Of a stretch of 56,163 bases of DNA, positions 28,949 through 38,261 are shown one piece after another. The stretch spans positions 1-56,163 of the forward strand of contig JADHNX010000001.1 of NCBI GenBank assembly GCA_016779365.1. Reading direction: 5' to 3'. A program made the translations under genes and the position numbers. The notes below the pieces were generated by a model. The model had not been told where the DNA came from. It did not search any database and worked only from the letters and a program-made list of their open reading frames with translations. Origin of the DNA: Planctomycetaceae bacterium. Lineage in GTDB: Bacteria > Planctomycetota > Planctomycetia > Planctomycetales > Planctomycetaceae. How positions within the stretch are numbered: the first letter of the stretch is position 1; every line of letters begins with the position of its first letter.

Positions 28949-30298
28949 ATGCCACATTTTCTTTCCCAAAACTGGCTGCTTGATCGTCGGCATGTACTCC
29001 GTGGATTGGGCGTTTCACTGGCCCTGCCTCTGCTGGATTGCATGAAGCCGCTGCTCGGAGCAGAGAACGCCAAACGGCCGCGCCGTAGCGTGTTTATCTA
29101 TCTGCCCAACGGAGTCAACACGTACGAGTACCAGATGCCGACGGCCGGGGCTGATTACCAGATGTCGAAGCCTTTACAGGCACTGTCGAAGCACCGCGAC
29201 GTGATCACGCCGATCAGCGGCATGTACCATCCGCGCGGACTGGGGCATCATCACAACTGCAGCACGATCTGGCTGACGGGCGCGAAAATCGGGCAGGCCG
29301 AACGCAACTCGATTTCTATCGACCAGTTAATGGCGACCGTCACGGCACCGCAGACTCGATTTCCATCTATCGAGTTGAGCAACCAGGGACACTCGCTGTC
29401 GTTCAATGCCGACGGGATCCAGTTGCCGGCACAAGGGAACCCGGGCGTCGTGTTCCGCGAATTGTTTGAAGAACCTCAGGGCGGCGTCGACAAACAGCGA
29501 CGCGGTCTGCAGAGGCGCGGCAGTATTCTCGACGCCGTCATCGACGAAGCCGCCGCGCTGGATCGCCAGCTTGGCAAGGCGGACAAGGGGCGATTGGAGC
29601 AGTACCTCACCTCCGTCCGCGAAGTCGAGCTGCGCACCCAGCGAGCGGATAAGTGGCTCGACGTTCCTCGCCCCAAGGTCGCACCTGCGGATCGCTCCAG
29701 GATGAACCGATCGATTTCGCTGGAGCAGCTCGGCGATTATCTGCGCACGATGTACGACATTATCGTGCTCGCATTTCAGACGGACCTGACTCGCGTGGCC
29801 ACCTTCAGCACCGGCAACGAAGGCACCGGCCCAGCCGTTCCCGAAATCGGCATCAAACAAGATCGGCACTCGCTTTCGCACCACAACGGCAATGCCAAGC
29901 TGCTCGATGACCTGCTGGCGAGTGATACGTTCAACTTCCAGCAGTTCAGCTATTTCCTCGACCGGCTGCGCGAAACGCAGGACGCCGACGGCCCGCTGCT
30001 GGATACGACGCTGGCGTTGTACGGCAGCGGCATGGCCTACGGTCACAGCCACGGCAATGCGAGCCTGCCGCTGGTGCTGGCCGGAGGAACAAAGCTGGGA
30101 CTGAAACACGGTCAGCACGTTGACTACAACCTGACCAGGGATTTTCAAGGCTACGACAAGCACAAAGGCATCTACCACAGTGCCGTCAACAGCAACGCTC
30201 ACCTCAGCAATCTGCTGCTGACGATGGCGCAGAAGATGGAAGTACCGGTCGAACGATTCGCGGACAGCAATAGCACAGCGTCGGAAGTCGAGGTGTGA
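28949..30298 (+). CDS. DUF1552 protein
   Basis: The ATG at 28949 is preceded by aaaggaaa and gives [40 protein letters not shown] motif. The track start at 28754 lies inside the previous gene. Confidence 0.75.
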   Translation: MPHFLSQNWLLDRRHVLRGLGVSLALPLLDCMKPLLGAENAKRPRRSVFIYLPNGVNTYEYQMPTAGADYQMSKPLQALSKHRDVITPISGMYHPRGLGHHHNCSTIWLTGAKIGQAERNSISIDQLMATVTAPQTRFPSIELSNQGHSLSFNADGIQLPAQGNPGVVFRELFEEPQGGVDKQRRGLQRRGSILDAVIDEAAALDRQLGKADKGRLEQYLTSVREVELRTQRADKWLDVPRPKVAPADRSRMNRSISLEQLGDYLRTMYDIIVLAFQTDLTRVATFSTGNEGTGPAVPEIGIKQDRHSLSHHNGNAKLLDDLLASDTFNFQQFSYFLDRLRETQDADGPLLDTTLALYGSGMAYGHSHGNASLPLVLAGGTKLGLKHGQHVDYNLTRDFQGYDKHKGIYHSAVNSNAHLSNLLLTMAQKMEVPVERFADSNSTASEVEV

Positions 30299-30540
30299 TG
30301 ATGACCGACGTTCGGCAAAGCGGCGAAGCCGCGACAGCACTTAGCTGCGGGCGTCAGCCCGCAGACACCATTACAAAATTAAACAATAAGCCGCGAAGCG
30401 GCGACAGCAGGCTTGATTTGCTATCGCCGCTTCGCGGCTCGGTTGGGATTGGGGATGCGTTATCCCACGGCTTACGCCGTGGGCTATGTGCTATCGCCGC
30501 TTCGCGGCTGTACGTGGGTTCGAGATCGAACTCATCGCGG
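30299..30540. repeat. Intergenic cluster of hairpins and repeats (REP-like family B)
   Basis: aagccgcgaagcggcgacagcag (30388-30410) is the inverted match of tgctatcgccgcttcgcggct (30419-30439). That 21-mer recurs directly at 30489-30509. There are extra 8-bp hairpins ctgcgggc/gcccgcag (30345-30364) and cccacggc/gccgtggg (30464-30483). Confidence 0.75.
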
Positions 30541-32937
30541 GTGAAACTCGCCTTCGTCGTATTTTTACTCTCTCTCATTTCGCAGACTGGTTACGCTGAG
30601 GCGGCGGACTTTGTTTCCGACATTCAGCCGTTCTTTGCGAAGTACTGCGCCCGCTGCCACAACACAAAGAAACAGGAAGGCAACTTCCGACTGGATACAC
30701 TGGCCCGTGATTTCACCGACGAAGGGATCGCTCAGCGCTGGGCCGAAGTCGTCTTTCGAATGAACTCTGGCGAGATGCCTCCCAGGGATGAACCACAACC
30801 GCAACCGGACGAACTCGGCCGTGTCGTAGATTGGCTGTCAGCCCGCATCTCCGAAGGCCGGGCGGTACGGATGGCTCGGCGGGGTCCGGTCGCGCACTAT
30901 CGGCTCAGTCGCGAGGAGTACGCCCATACGGTCTACGACCTCCTCGGTGTTCATTTCGACGTCAACGCTCCTGGCGCTTTCAATGACGATCCGCGCTGGC
31001 ACGGGTTCGAGCGGATCGGTTCGTTACTGTCCCTTTCGCCGTCACATGTCGATCGCTACCTGCAAGCAGCCGAGACGGTCATCACGCGGGCTTTTCCCGA
31101 TGTGGCGCCCAAAGCGATCAAGGGTCGCCGTGACGACGGGGGAATGGCGGGAATCCCGACGGAAGGCGGACCGTATCGGGCCATCTACTGGCCGGGTGTG
31201 GAAGGAAACCATATTCACATGAGCAGCGGCGGCACGCCGGTGAAGGTGCGAATCAAGCTCAGCGGCCTTCAGCCACAAGGTGGGCGAGCCCCGCATCTCA
31301 CGGTTTGGGATTTCGTGCAGAAGAAGTCGATCTTCGATGAAGATATCGTCGCTCCCGAAAACAAGCCGGTTGTGGTGGAGTTCACGACGACAACCAGTAG
31401 TTTTCAACTGCTGAATGCCGTGACCGGATTCCCCGGCAACGCTCACACTCGCAGTAACACGGCCCGGCGGCTCGTCAGTTCGCGGCAGGCTCGCATCGGT
31501 CATCCCGCCGGGTACAAGCTGTTCGATGACGAAGGCCGACCGCTGTTTCCGCTCCTGCTGGTGGATTCCGTCGAGTGGGAGAGCGTGCCGGTCAGCGATC
31601 AGGACCGACAGAAACGCGAGGGCCTCTTTCCAACATCGATCACACGGAATGCCAAGGCGCCGGCGGACCGCGGACACATGGAAGAACTGCTCGGCGACTG
31701 TCGCAAGTCGCTGCAGCGATTTGCGGGGCGCGCCTGGCGGCGTCCGGTGACCGGCGACGAGGTCGAACGCTACGTCGCCATCGTGAAGGATGAACTCGAC
31801 GCGGGTGAACCATTCGGCTCGGCGTATCGATCAGCGTTGGTCGGTGTGCTGGTCTCGAAGAATTTTTACTACATCGTTGAAGGCTCGGCAGAGAAGCCGC
31901 GTGATCAATTGAACGACTGGGAACTCGCTTCGCGACTGTCATACTTTCTGTGGAGTTCGCTGCCGGATGAAGAACTCCTCGCATCCGCGCGGGACGGTTC
32001 GCTCCACCGGCCGGAGAGACTGAAGGCTCAGCTACAGCGGATGCTCGACGATCAACGCATCGGCCGCTTCACCGAGTCTTTCCCTCGGCAGTGGTTGCAA
32101 CTTCACCGCGTCGGCATGTTCCCGCCCGATCCAGGGCTCTATCCGAATTATGATCGCTGGCTGGAAAAGAGCATGGTGCTCGAAACACAGGCATACTTTG
32201 CGGAGGTCTTCTCGAAGAACCTGCCGCTGCGTCAGATTCTCCAGTCCGACTGGACCATGGTCAATCCGCGGCTGGCGAGTTTCTATCAACTCCCGCAGCT
32301 CAATAGTTCCGGCTTTCAGAAAGTCACGTTGCGTCCCGAAGATCACCGTGGAGGGCTGCTGACGCAAGCGGCGATTCTGTCGCTGACATCGGACGGCACG
32401 CGGCACCGCCCCGTGCATCGAGGCGTTTGGGTCTCGGAAGCCATCTTCGGACGTACGCCGCCATCACCGCCGCCCAATGTGGAGCCGTTGGAACCGACTC
32501 CCAGCAACAAACCCAAGGCGACAATTCGCGATCAACTGGAAGCCCATGCAACTCATGCGACCTGCGCTTCATGTCATCGGAAGATCGATCCGTTGGGATT
32601 TGCGTTCGACAACTACGACGCCATCGGAAGCTGGCGGACGACCGAGCGCGTGACATCGGGGCAGGGAGAAAACCCGCCCGTCGTCGCCAGCGGCGTGTTA
32701 CCCGACGGCCGACCGTTCAACGGACCGGACGAATTCACCCGCCTGCTGGCTCAGGATGTCGATCGCTTTGCAGAGGCTTTCATTGAACAGTTGGCAACCT
32801 ACGCACTGCGACGGGTCATGACGATCGACGACCGCGAGCAGATCAAGCTCATCGCGGCCGAATGCAGAAGAAACAATTACCAGCTTCGTAACGTCATCGA
32901 AAATCTCGTGACGTCGGAGCTGTTCCTCATGCGGTAA
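30541..32937 (+). CDS. DUF1587/DUF1592/DUF1588/DUF1585-type protein with heme-c motif (paralogue of 38262-40748)
   Basis: The GTG at 30541 gives a signal peptide (V/M)KLAFVVFLLSLISQTGYAEA. YCARCHN. HYRLSREEYAHTVYDLLG. LASRLSYFLWSSLPDEELL. CASCHRKIDPLGFAFDNYD. The upstream 246 nt of the track ORF is read-through of the repeat cluster. The start is uncertain. Confidence 0.75.
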   Translation: MKLAFVVFLLSLISQTGYAEAADFVSDIQPFFAKYCARCHNTKKQEGNFRLDTLARDFTDEGIAQRWAEVVFRMNSGEMPPRDEPQPQPDELGRVVDWLSARISEGRAVRMARRGPVAHYRLSREEYAHTVYDLLGVHFDVNAPGAFNDDPRWHGFERIGSLLSLSPSHVDRYLQAAETVITRAFPDVAPKAIKGRRDDGGMAGIPTEGGPYRAIYWPGVEGNHIHMSSGGTPVKVRIKLSGLQPQGGRAPHLTVWDFVQKKSIFDEDIVAPENKPVVVEFTTTTSSFQLLNAVTGFPGNAHTRSNTARRLVSSRQARIGHPAGYKLFDDEGRPLFPLLLVDSVEWESVPVSDQDRQKREGLFPTSITRNAKAPADRGHMEELLGDCRKSLQRFAGRAWRRPVTGDEVERYVAIVKDELDAGEPFGSAYRSALVGVLVSKNFYYIVEGSAEKPRDQLNDWELASRLSYFLWSSLPDEELLASARDGSLHRPERLKAQLQRMLDDQRIGRFTESFPRQWLQLHRVGMFPPDPGLYPNYDRWLEKSMVLETQAYFAEVFSKNLPLRQILQSDWTMVNPRLASFYQLPQLNSSGFQKVTLRPEDHRGGLLTQAAILSLTSDGTRHRPVHRGVWVSEAIFGRTPPSPPPNVEPLEPTPSNKPKATIRDQLEAHATHATCASCHRKIDPLGFAFDNYDAIGSWRTTERVTSGQGENPPVVASGVLPDGRPFNGPDEFTRLLAQDVDRFAEAFIEQLATYALRRVMTIDDREQIKLIAAECRRNNYQLRNVIENLVTSELFLMR

Positions 32938-32941
32938 GCGA

Positions 32942-34132
32942 ATGCAACAAGGAAACGCAACGACGATGTTGACAGACGACAGAAGCCCGTTACCAGATCG
33001 CCGCAAGGTACTCCAATGGATGGCTGCCGTGTCTGCCGGTTCCCTGTGCTGCGCCCCACCTTCGCTTCTCGCCGCCGATAGTGATTTCGTACCCCAGCCC
33101 GGCGAATTCCCCGACCGGCCCGGCAACTATCTGGCCGGAGAGCTGGTAACGATCGACGCGATCAACCGCCGCGGCAGTTTGCGGCTCGACGGAGACTTCA
33201 ACGACGATCGCTACGACAAAGCTCAGCCACACAACTTCGCACTGTTGCCCTATGGCATGATCTACTACCACGGGGCGCCGGCTGAATTGCGTGACATTCC
33301 GTTGGGGACGCATCTGCACGGCTCGTTCTACCTGCCGCCAGAAGGAGAAGAGAGAACGGTTCCACCCACGAAAGGTCCGCCGCAGTACGGCTCCAAGTAC
33401 AACCACGCCATTCTTCTCGAAGACGATTTCAGTTTCTTCCAGCGACGAGGCTGGGCATGGCGGGTCGTCGAGATCAACCGCGGCAATTCCAGCCGCATGA
33501 AAGTCGCTGCCACCGGCAACTCAGCGGGCGTTGATTTCGAAAAGGAACACAGCTTCTGGATCGACGACGCCACACGTGCCTGGAAGGGACGCGAGTTGCT
33601 CGATTGGGAAGCGATCACTGCGGATCAGGTTGTCCAGTTGAATCTCACGTGGTCGCCGGAATGGCGCAATCGACAGTTTCGCGCGTCGGATGTTTGGATC
33701 GACGAAGAGAGCCGTGCCGTCGCTACGGAGCGCCAACGGCGGATTCATGTTCATTATCAAAAGCACCATTGGCTTGCCGGGTGGGTCGATCATGTCGAGC
33801 ATCTCGGTGGCAGCAGGGGGATCGTCACGATCACACTGTTTGGCGGCGTGGATTCGTCGCTGCTGGAGGAAGTGAAGTCGAAGAAAGCTCACGGCAATGC
33901 AGTTGCTGCGGCGGAAGTGACACTGCGCACATATTGGCAGGACCACGACCACAAAGGCGGGTCGATTGTTGAGTTAAGGACTCTCGACAAGCCGCCTGCG
34001 GGAAGCAGTGGGATCCAGATCCGCTGGCAAACGGGTGAATTGCTTGATGGATTCCGCCCGGGGCGGATTGTGCGACTGCGATGTCACGACTGGCCAAATG
34101 TGAAACTACCGCCAGAGGAGCGTCTCCGTTAG
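32942..34132 (+). CDS. Conserved hypothetical exported protein (paralogue of 36114-37268)
   Basis: Starts 5 nt after the DUF1592 stop. RRKVLQWMAAVSAGS signal-like N-terminus. Shares the blocks NRRG.LR, FALLPY, AELRD.PLGT, LPP.GEE and LEDDFSF.QR.G with the 36114 gene. Confidence 0.6.
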   Translation: MQQGNATTMLTDDRSPLPDRRKVLQWMAAVSAGSLCCAPPSLLAADSDFVPQPGEFPDRPGNYLAGELVTIDAINRRGSLRLDGDFNDDRYDKAQPHNFALLPYGMIYYHGAPAELRDIPLGTHLHGSFYLPPEGEERTVPPTKGPPQYGSKYNHAILLEDDFSFFQRRGWAWRVVEINRGNSSRMKVAATGNSAGVDFEKEHSFWIDDATRAWKGRELLDWEAITADQVVQLNLTWSPEWRNRQFRASDVWIDEESRAVATERQRRIHVHYQKHHWLAGWVDHVEHLGGSRGIVTITLFGGVDSSLLEEVKSKKAHGNAVAAAEVTLRTYWQDHDHKGGSIVELRTLDKPPAGSSGIQIRWQTGELLDGFRPGRIVRLRCHDWPNVKLPPEERLR

Positions 34133-34185
34133 CTGCGAGAACAAACGCGATGAGAACGACTTTTAATTCGGGATATGCATGTTCA

Positions 34186-36075
34186 ATGAGACGCCACCTT
34201 ACTTTTCTGTTCTGCAGCTTGCTCCTCTTTGCAGCCATTGGGGACACCGTTCTGGCGCAGAGCAAAGCGAAAGCTCACAGCTATTACCTGATCGGCAACT
34301 CGCTGACGTGGGACACAGTACCGCAACGGCTGGATGGCGATGCGCAGTGGCACGTCGATTGTGGCGTGAGCCTGCCGTACATTTACGCCAATCCAGACAA
34401 ACCTTGCGTCAAGGAATCCACGGTCTGGCCGATAGCGTTGCGTGACAAACAGTACGACTTTGTCGCCGTTCAACCTCATTACGGTTCAACACTGGCCCGG
34501 GACGTGGAGACCATCTCAGCGTGGATGAAGTTGCAGCCAAAGGCAGTGTTTGTCATTCATTCGGGCTGGGCTTTTCGTGCCCGGCAGGCCGACGAGTTCG
34601 CCAGTTACACGTCTCCCGACGAAATGGTTCACAGCCCTGGTTACATTCGCGCGCTGCTCGGTGAACTTCGTCGGCTACATCCGGGCCGAGAGATCCGCCA
34701 GACGTACGCTCAGAATCTGCTGGCCCAGATCGCGGAAGACATTTCCGCCGAAAAATCTCCGCTCGACAACCTTGAAACGCTCTATCGCGACGCGATTCAC
34801 CTGACGCTCGACCACGGCCGTTACCTGGCCCACAACGCGATGCGCCGCGCGCTGGGGCAACCGCGATCCAGCGACGGATTCCCAATGCAAAATCCCGAAC
34901 TGAAACAGTATCTGGACGGCGTCCTGTCGCTGTTGGACACGACGCCCGCAGACAAGACGCTGCTGACGCGGATTCTGTCTTCCGAGGCGGCGATCGATCG
35001 CGCGGGGCTGGTGGCTAAGATTTCCGACGGGGGGCTGCGGGGCCGATTGACAACGCTGCTGCCGGAAATCGAGCAAGCCGCCCGCCGGCGACACGCCGCC
35101 CTGGCTGTGGCCAAAGAAGTTGAAGGCGTCGGCGGTAAAGTGGTGTGGACGCCAGCCGGTCCGCAATGGCTGTACCTGGCGACGGGTGATGAAGGCGTGG
35201 AGATCTTCGACGTGATCACAACCGTCGATCTGTACAACGGCAACAACCCGCTCAAGGGAAAAGGCGGTCGCAACGAACATGTCACCGATCAGTGGCTCGA
35301 GCGGCTTTCCGGTCTGACGACTTTGCGGCGGTTGGACGTCGCAAACTGTGCAATTCAAGGCCAAGGACTGCGGCACATCGCCGAGTTGACGGGGCTGCGA
35401 GAACTCAATCTCACACTGACTCCGGTGACAGACGACGGGTTGAAACATCTCGCCGGGTTGATCGAACTTCGAAAGCTTGGGCTGGCCTCGACCCAGTGCG
35501 ACGGAACGGGCTTTGTCCACTTGAAGTCGCTAACAAAGCTGGAGGACGTTAACTTTCATTTCACGCCGCTCAGCGACGCCGGTCTCCAGGCGATCACGCG
35601 GGTTCCGATTTCTGGTCGCTTTTGGTTCGCTCATACAAAATTCAGCGACGAGGGGGCGAGCAGCCTGGCCTCGCTCAAAACACTCCGGCGCTGTGGAATC
35701 GGCAGCAACAACAAGGCCAGTTCCGGTGAAGCCGTTGCCGCACTGACGAGGCTTCCCTTGGAAGACCTTTCGCTGCTGGACAATCAGGCCACGCCCGCCG
35801 GCATTGAACACGCGGCGAAGATCGCGACCCTCAAGCGGCTCGATGTTTCCTATGCCCCACTGGTGAACGACGAATCGATGCGGTTGGTCGCGCAGTTGCC
35901 ACAACTGGAAGAGTTTCGCATCGGCAGTGCCCAAGTGACCGATGAGGGATTACGGCATCTGGCACAATCGAAGTCGTTGAAAAAGGTTGCCATCAGTGGC
36001 CTGAAAAAAGTGACCGACGCCGGAATCGAAGAACTGAAGAAATCTCGCCCGGAGCTCATCGTCGAGGTTCGTTGA
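34186..36075 (+). CDS. SGNH/GDSL-type hydrolase domain fused to C-terminal leucine-rich repeats
   Basis: Signal peptide MRRHLTFLFCSLLLFAAIGDTVLAQ. SGNH block I YYLIGNSLTW and block V DAIHLT. C-terminal half has repeated L..L..L.L....TD.GL..L units. Confidence 0.6.
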   Translation: MRRHLTFLFCSLLLFAAIGDTVLAQSKAKAHSYYLIGNSLTWDTVPQRLDGDAQWHVDCGVSLPYIYANPDKPCVKESTVWPIALRDKQYDFVAVQPHYGSTLARDVETISAWMKLQPKAVFVIHSGWAFRARQADEFASYTSPDEMVHSPGYIRALLGELRRLHPGREIRQTYAQNLLAQIAEDISAEKSPLDNLETLYRDAIHLTLDHGRYLAHNAMRRALGQPRSSDGFPMQNPELKQYLDGVLSLLDTTPADKTLLTRILSSEAAIDRAGLVAKISDGGLRGRLTTLLPEIEQAARRRHAALAVAKEVEGVGGKVVWTPAGPQWLYLATGDEGVEIFDVITTVDLYNGNNPLKGKGGRNEHVTDQWLERLSGLTTLRRLDVANCAIQGQGLRHIAELTGLRELNLTLTPVTDDGLKHLAGLIELRKLGLASTQCDGTGFVHLKSLTKLEDVNFHFTPLSDAGLQAITRVPISGRFWFAHTKFSDEGASSLASLKTLRRCGIGSNNKASSGEAVAALTRLPLEDLSLLDNQATPAGIEHAAKIATLKRLDVSYAPLVNDESMRLVAQLPQLEEFRIGSAQVTDEGLRHLAQSKSLKKVAISGLKKVTDAGIEELKKSRPELIVEVR

Positions 36076-36113
36076 ATCGCCCACAAACGCCCCGCAACGA
36101 AAGAATCTTAACA

Positions 36114-37268
36114 ATGTTTGTTCGAGGTCTGTCGCTGTTTTTCCTGCTGGCCGCCTTTGCCGAGTCGATACTCGCTCAGGATTCAGCGGACTACGTTCCC
36201 GAACCCGATCAGTTCGCGCCCATCGCGAAGGCTCGCTACCTGTCCGGCGAACTGGTCTATATCGATCCGGTGAATCGGCGCGGCGCCATTCGGATGCACG
36301 ATAATTATTGGTCGGGACCAGCTCACTATTTCGCTCTGCTTCCCTATGCAACAGTTCGATACAACGGAGCCTACGCCGAACTGCGAGATCTTCCACTCGG
36401 CACGGTTGTGCATGGTTACTTCTTTTTGCCGCCCAGAGGTGAGGAAGCGACCATTCCGCCCTTGCCGGACGAGCACAAGAAGTTTGCCATACCGCACAAC
36501 CATGCGATCTCCCTGGAGGACGATTTCAGCTTCTATCAGCGGCAGGGGCAGTGGTGGAAAGTGGTCTCGATCGACGTGGAAAACGAAAAGATCAACGTCG
36601 AACCGTCTGGAGAGAAAACGAAAGACGGCATCAACACGCCGTACACGTTCGACATCGACGCCCGTACGCGAATCTGGAAAGACCGTCGGCTGAGCGACCT
36701 GGCGGATATCAAAACGGGCACAATCGTCCAATTGAATCTGACTTGGGCAACAAACTGGGGAGATAAAGAGTTCGGCATTGGCGATATCTGGCTGGACGAC
36801 GTCAGTCGTAAATTCGCTACGGAAATGCAGCGGCGACGTCACCTTCGTTACGAGCGAGACCACTGGGCGCCCGGCTGGATCGACGAGGTCGAACCGTTCG
36901 ACTTCGGTGGCGGCATCGTCACACTGACGCTGTTTGACGTCGATCGCGAACTGATCGAAGACCTGCGCCGAGACAAAGACGAACGCATCGCCGTTGCCGT
37001 CGCGGAAAAGACGCGTCGCACGTGGATCCATCGCTCGGATCGAAAGTTCGCGAAGCTCGTCGAGTGGAAAGAGATCAAGGACCCGCCAGTTGGCAGCAGC
37101 GGAGTGCAACTGCGATTGAAATTCGTGGAATTGCTTTCGGGCTATAAGCCGGGACGCTGCGTTCGTGTGAAAGCGGAAAACTGGAAGTGGGTGTCAGTCC
37201 CGCCAGAAGAACGCATTACGTCACGCGAGGAACAGGAACTCGGCGCGAAGATGGTGCTGCCGTTTTGA
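36114..37268 (+). CDS. Conserved hypothetical exported protein (paralogue of 32942-34132)
   Basis: The ATG at 36114 gives a signal peptide MFVRGLSLFFLLAAFAESILAQ. Alignable along its whole length with the 32942 product. Confidence 0.6.
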   Translation: MFVRGLSLFFLLAAFAESILAQDSADYVPEPDQFAPIAKARYLSGELVYIDPVNRRGAIRMHDNYWSGPAHYFALLPYATVRYNGAYAELRDLPLGTVVHGYFFLPPRGEEATIPPLPDEHKKFAIPHNHAISLEDDFSFYQRQGQWWKVVSIDVENEKINVEPSGEKTKDGINTPYTFDIDARTRIWKDRRLSDLADIKTGTIVQLNLTWATNWGDKEFGIGDIWLDDVSRKFATEMQRRRHLRYERDHWAPGWIDEVEPFDFGGGIVTLTLFDVDRELIEDLRRDKDERIAVAVAEKTRRTWIHRSDRKFAKLVEWKEIKDPPVGSSGVQLRLKFVELLSGYKPGRCVRVKAENWKWVSVPPEERITSREEQELGAKMVLPF

Positions 37269-37308
37269 ACAAACATCCCGAAGCCAGATCGAGAGAATGG
37301 AGGTAAAC

Positions 37309-38247
37309 ATGAACCGGATTGCTTTTCTGTTGATGCTATTGATTTCTGCGGCCGGCGTTGCCAGCGCTGACGGCGACCAATCGCTTGTCGCCGAAGGAAG
37401 CAAAGTCACAAAACTTGCAGGCGGAATGAAATTCACAGAGGGCCCGGTCTGGCTGCCGCAAGAAGAGAAGCTGGTGTTTTCGGACATCCCCAACAGCAAA
37501 CTCATGCAATGGAGTGAAGCCGGCGGTCTCTCCACGTACCGCGAGAGTGAGCAGGCCAATGGAAACATTCTGGACTTGCAGGGCCGAATCGTCTCCTGCC
37601 AGCACAAGGCGCGGAATGTTATTCGGATTGAGGACGATGGCAGCACAACGGTGCTCGCCGATCGCTTTGACGGAAAGCGGTTCAATTCGCCCAATGACGT
37701 GGCAATCCGCTCGGACGGAACGCTGTGGTTCACTGATCCACCCTGGGGATTGACCGGGCCGCATGAGATCCCCGGCCACTGGGTCTACAAGCTCGATCCC
37801 GCCAACGGCAGGGTCGAAGCGGTTCTCAAGAATCTGGCGATGCCGAATGGCATTGTGTTCTCACCGGATGAGTCGCGTCTCTACATCGCTGACACGGGCG
37901 GCCATAAGCGACATCCCGACCCCGCGTTCCACGCGCTGCCAGCAAGCATTCAGTGCTACGAAATCGAGCCCAAGGGCACGCTCGGCCGGAAACTGTTCCA
38001 GATCGATTCCGGCAGCGACGGGATGGCCGTGGATGTCAAGGGAAATCTTTACGCAACGCACGCCGGCAAAGTTCATATCTACGATGCCGACGGCCAGGAA
38101 CTGGAGCAGATCGACGTGCCCGAAGGTCCGGCAAACGTCTGCTTTGGCGGCGACGACTGCAAGACGCTGTTTATTACCGCACGCACCTCGCTCTACAGCG
38201 TGCGGGTGAAAGTTGCCGGAGCAAGACCGAAAGGCACTCTGAAGTGA
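37309..38247 (+). CDS. SMP-30/gluconolactonase/LRE-family protein
   Basis: GGAGG lies 5 nt upstream of the ATG at 37309. Signal peptide. FTEGPVW..LVFSDIPN, NSPNDVA..DG.LWFTDP, PNGI.FSPDE..LY.AD and DGM.VD..GNLY are propeller blocks typical of the family. Confidence 0.8.
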   Translation: MNRIAFLLMLLISAAGVASADGDQSLVAEGSKVTKLAGGMKFTEGPVWLPQEEKLVFSDIPNSKLMQWSEAGGLSTYRESEQANGNILDLQGRIVSCQHKARNVIRIEDDGSTTVLADRFDGKRFNSPNDVAIRSDGTLWFTDPPWGLTGPHEIPGHWVYKLDPANGRVEAVLKNLAMPNGIVFSPDESRLYIADTGGHKRHPDPAFHALPASIQCYEIEPKGTLGRKLFQIDSGSDGMAVDVKGNLYATHAGKVHIYDADGQELEQIDVPEGPANVCFGGDDCKTLFITARTSLYSVRVKVAGARPKGTLK

Positions 38248-38261
38248 TAAAACACGTACTG

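Noticed and set aside
30388-30509. Possible mini-CRISPR, because a 21-mer repeats at 70-nt spacing
   Set aside because: There are only two direct copies plus one inverted copy. The repeat is itself part of hairpins, and no cas genes are nearby. This fits REP-like elements, not a CRISPR array.
30518-30531. tRNA-like T-arm look-alike gttcgagatcgaac
   Set aside because: It is just a 6-bp hairpin. No acceptor, D or anticodon arms can be built around it. No tRNA was recognised anywhere in the window.
32385-32630. Recent gene conversion between the two DUF1592 paralogues
   Set aside because: Protein identity is near 100 percent here, but many synonymous positions differ. Purifying selection on an old duplicate explains this better than recent conversion.
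37953-38261. N-terminal extensions in the ORF track: 37953 for the DUF1592 paralogue B, and likewise 15487-15687, 28754-28948, 30295-30540, 34081-34185, 36072-36113 and 21724-21786
   Set aside because: Most of these extensions overlap the preceding gene or run through the intergenic repeat cluster; 34081-34185 overlaps it only partly and 21724-21786 (minus strand) overlaps the 3' end of the upstream kinase gene. Internal starts give proper signal peptides or ribosome-binding sites. The shorter models were used.
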